Assembly (NCBI RefSeq): GCF_009914755.1 | Contig: NC_060943.1 | Length of the DNA: 64,000 nt | Strand: one strand, 5' to 3' | Source of the DNA: the human T2T-CHM13v2.0 reference genome, Homo sapiens | Part shown: piece by piece, positions 61,861-64,000 of the stretch | How positions within the stretch are numbered: position 1 is the stretch's first letter | Layout: each line of letters begins with the position of its first letter | Notes under the pieces: generated by a model | Databases searched by the model: none | What the model was told of the DNA's origin: nothing | What the model saw: the letters and a program-made list of their open reading frames with translations, nothing else | Program-made: the position numbers and the translations under genes

Positions 61861-61990
61861 CATTTTTTGAAGAGATTGAGGATCTCATTGTGTTGTCCAG
61901 GCTGGTCTCAAACTTCCAACCTCAAGCGATCCTACTGCCTTGGCCACCCTAACTGCTGGGATTACAGGTGTGAGCCATCATGCCCAGCCC
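61691..61990 (-). mobile_element. AluJ element
   Basis: Antisense dimeric Alu ending CATGCCCAGCC. Confidence 0.88.
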
Positions 61991-62814
61991 TGACCTTTTT
62001 CCATAGTCACTACACTCATGAAAACTTTCATCAGAGTGAACTCTCTCATGTTTACTGAGGCTGGGGCTTTGGATAATTTCTCACATTTGCTGTACTCATA
62101 AGGTTTTTCTCTGGTGTGAACTCTTTGGTGTTGAAAGAGATCAGAGTAGTAGCTGTCAAATTTAACCACTGCTCCAGATGGAAAGGCAGGGTCTCCAACT
62201 CACATCTCTTAGGAGATGCACTCATAAGGCCTTTCTCCAATGTGGATTTGCTGATGCTGAGTAAATCTCACTTGCTGTTGAAAGGGTTTAATTTGCTGCA
62301 CAGACTTTTCTTTAGTGTGAACTCGATGCATATTGAGAGTGGAGGCCTGTCTAAAGAATTCCCCATATTCTCTACACCCATAAGGCCTTTCCCCAGTGTG
62401 GACTCTCTGTTGCTAAACAACTGTGAAATTGTGGCTGAAGGCATTTCCAAGTTGACTGCATTGGTAATGCCTTTGCATGATGAGAAAGGCTGCTGCACAT
62501 GGTATGCTCTTCTGTGGCTCCCCCATGCTAAGAGTGACCTGATGCTGGAGAAAGCCTGCTGTGGCTAGAAAGTCCCCATCCTCCCTGCATTCGAAAGGCT
62601 CTTCTGACGTGTGGTTGCTTCAAGTCTTCACAAGCAAGGTCCTCCCCTACTCCTTTCTGATGGACTTCTCTATATTCTCTGCATCTGTTGCTGGGGAAGG
62701 TTTACACTCACTCAGAATCTTCTCCACATACCACATGTGTATGATGATTTCTGCCCTGGGTGTGTTATTTGGTATCCAGCCAGGTGCAAAGTGTCTTTCA
62801 AGAGTAGACCACAT

Positions 62815-63086
62815 GGCCAGGTGCAGTGGCTCATGCCTGTAATCCCAGCATTTTGGGAGGCTAAGGTGGGAGAATTACTTCAGGCCAGGAGTTTGAGACC
62901 AGTCTGGGCAACATGATGAGACCCTGTCTCTACAAAAAAATTAAAAAATAAGCTGGGTGTGGTAGTGTGCACCTATAGTCCCAGCTACTTGGGAGGCTGA
63001 GGTGGGAGGATTGCTTGAGCCCAAGAGGTTGAGGCTGCAGCTGTACCACTGCACTCCAGCCTTGGTGACAGAGTGGCACCCTGTGC
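62815..63086 (+). mobile_element. AluJ element
   Basis: Dimeric Alu; tail replaced by a GA-rich tract. Confidence 0.9.
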
Positions 63087-63463
63087 AAGAAAGAGAAGAG
63101 AAGAGAAGAAATTAAGGAAGGAAGGAAAAAAGGAAGGAAGGAGAGAGACAAAGAGAGAAAGAAAGAAAGAGACAGGGAGGAGGGAGGAAGGAAGGGGAAG
63201 CAAGGAAGGGAGAGAGAGAAAGGAAAGGAAAGAAAGAGAGAGGGGGAGGGAGGGAAGGAAGGAAGGGGGAGGGAGGAAGGAAGAGAGAAAGCAAGAAAGA
63301 GAAAGAAGGAAAGAAAGAGAAAGAGAAAGAAAGCCAGAAAGAAAGAAAAGGAAGGAAGGAAGGGGAAAGAAGGAAGGGAGAGAAAGAGAGGAAAGAAAGA
63401 GAAAGAAAGAAAGGAAAAGAAAGAAGAAAAGTCAAAGAAAAGAAAAGAGAAAGAAAAGGAAGG
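63087..63463. repeat. GA-rich homopurine simple repeat (resumes 63766-63900)
   Basis: GAAA/GGAA/GGGA units read directly. Confidence 0.9.
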
Positions 63464-63765
<302 letters not shown>

Positions 63766-64000
63766 AAAGAAAAGGAAGGAAGGAGAGAGAGAAAAGGAAG
63801 GAAGGAAATGAAAGAAAAGAAATAAAGAGAAAGAAAGAAAGAAGAAACAAAGAAAGAGAGAAGAAAGAACGAAAGAAAGAAGAAAAAGAAAAAATAAAAT
63901 CACACACATGGCAGGTGTAGGTTCTGGGTGGAAGGACCTGCCTGGGATTCCTGACGGGTGACACTTTTTCAACACTATGTTCACAGAGAGAGCCCTTGCT

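Overview
Primate (very likely human) genomic DNA from a KRAB zinc-finger cluster. The two intact genes are recognised from their proteins as ZNF181 (+ strand, 4 coding exons, 571 aa, 11 C2H2 fingers) and ZNF599 (- strand, 4 coding exons, 588 aa, 14 fingers), which places the window at 19q13.11. They are convergent and each has a CpG-island promoter with ZNF143-type motifs. A decayed third ZNF exon (- strand) runs off the right edge. About 6 kb upstream of ZNF181 lies a 5.85-kb HERV-T (HERVS71/LTR6) provirus with two LTRs, a GCTG target-site duplication, a tRNA-Thr primer-binding site, an in-frame gag-to-integrase deletion, a broken env and an unexpectedly open pre-gag reading frame. Between the genes are an ERVL-type pro/RT remnant joined to a gamma-type env and nested in an old L1, and a near full-length Tigger fossil. 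The rest is Alu, L1, L2, MIR, MaLR, MER and simple repeats, plus an unexplained 2.4-kb GC-rich block and an AT-rich foldback palindrome. Repeat subfamily names come from memory of consensus sequences, and many repeat boundaries are approximate. No CRISPR array, tRNA or rRNA gene was seen.
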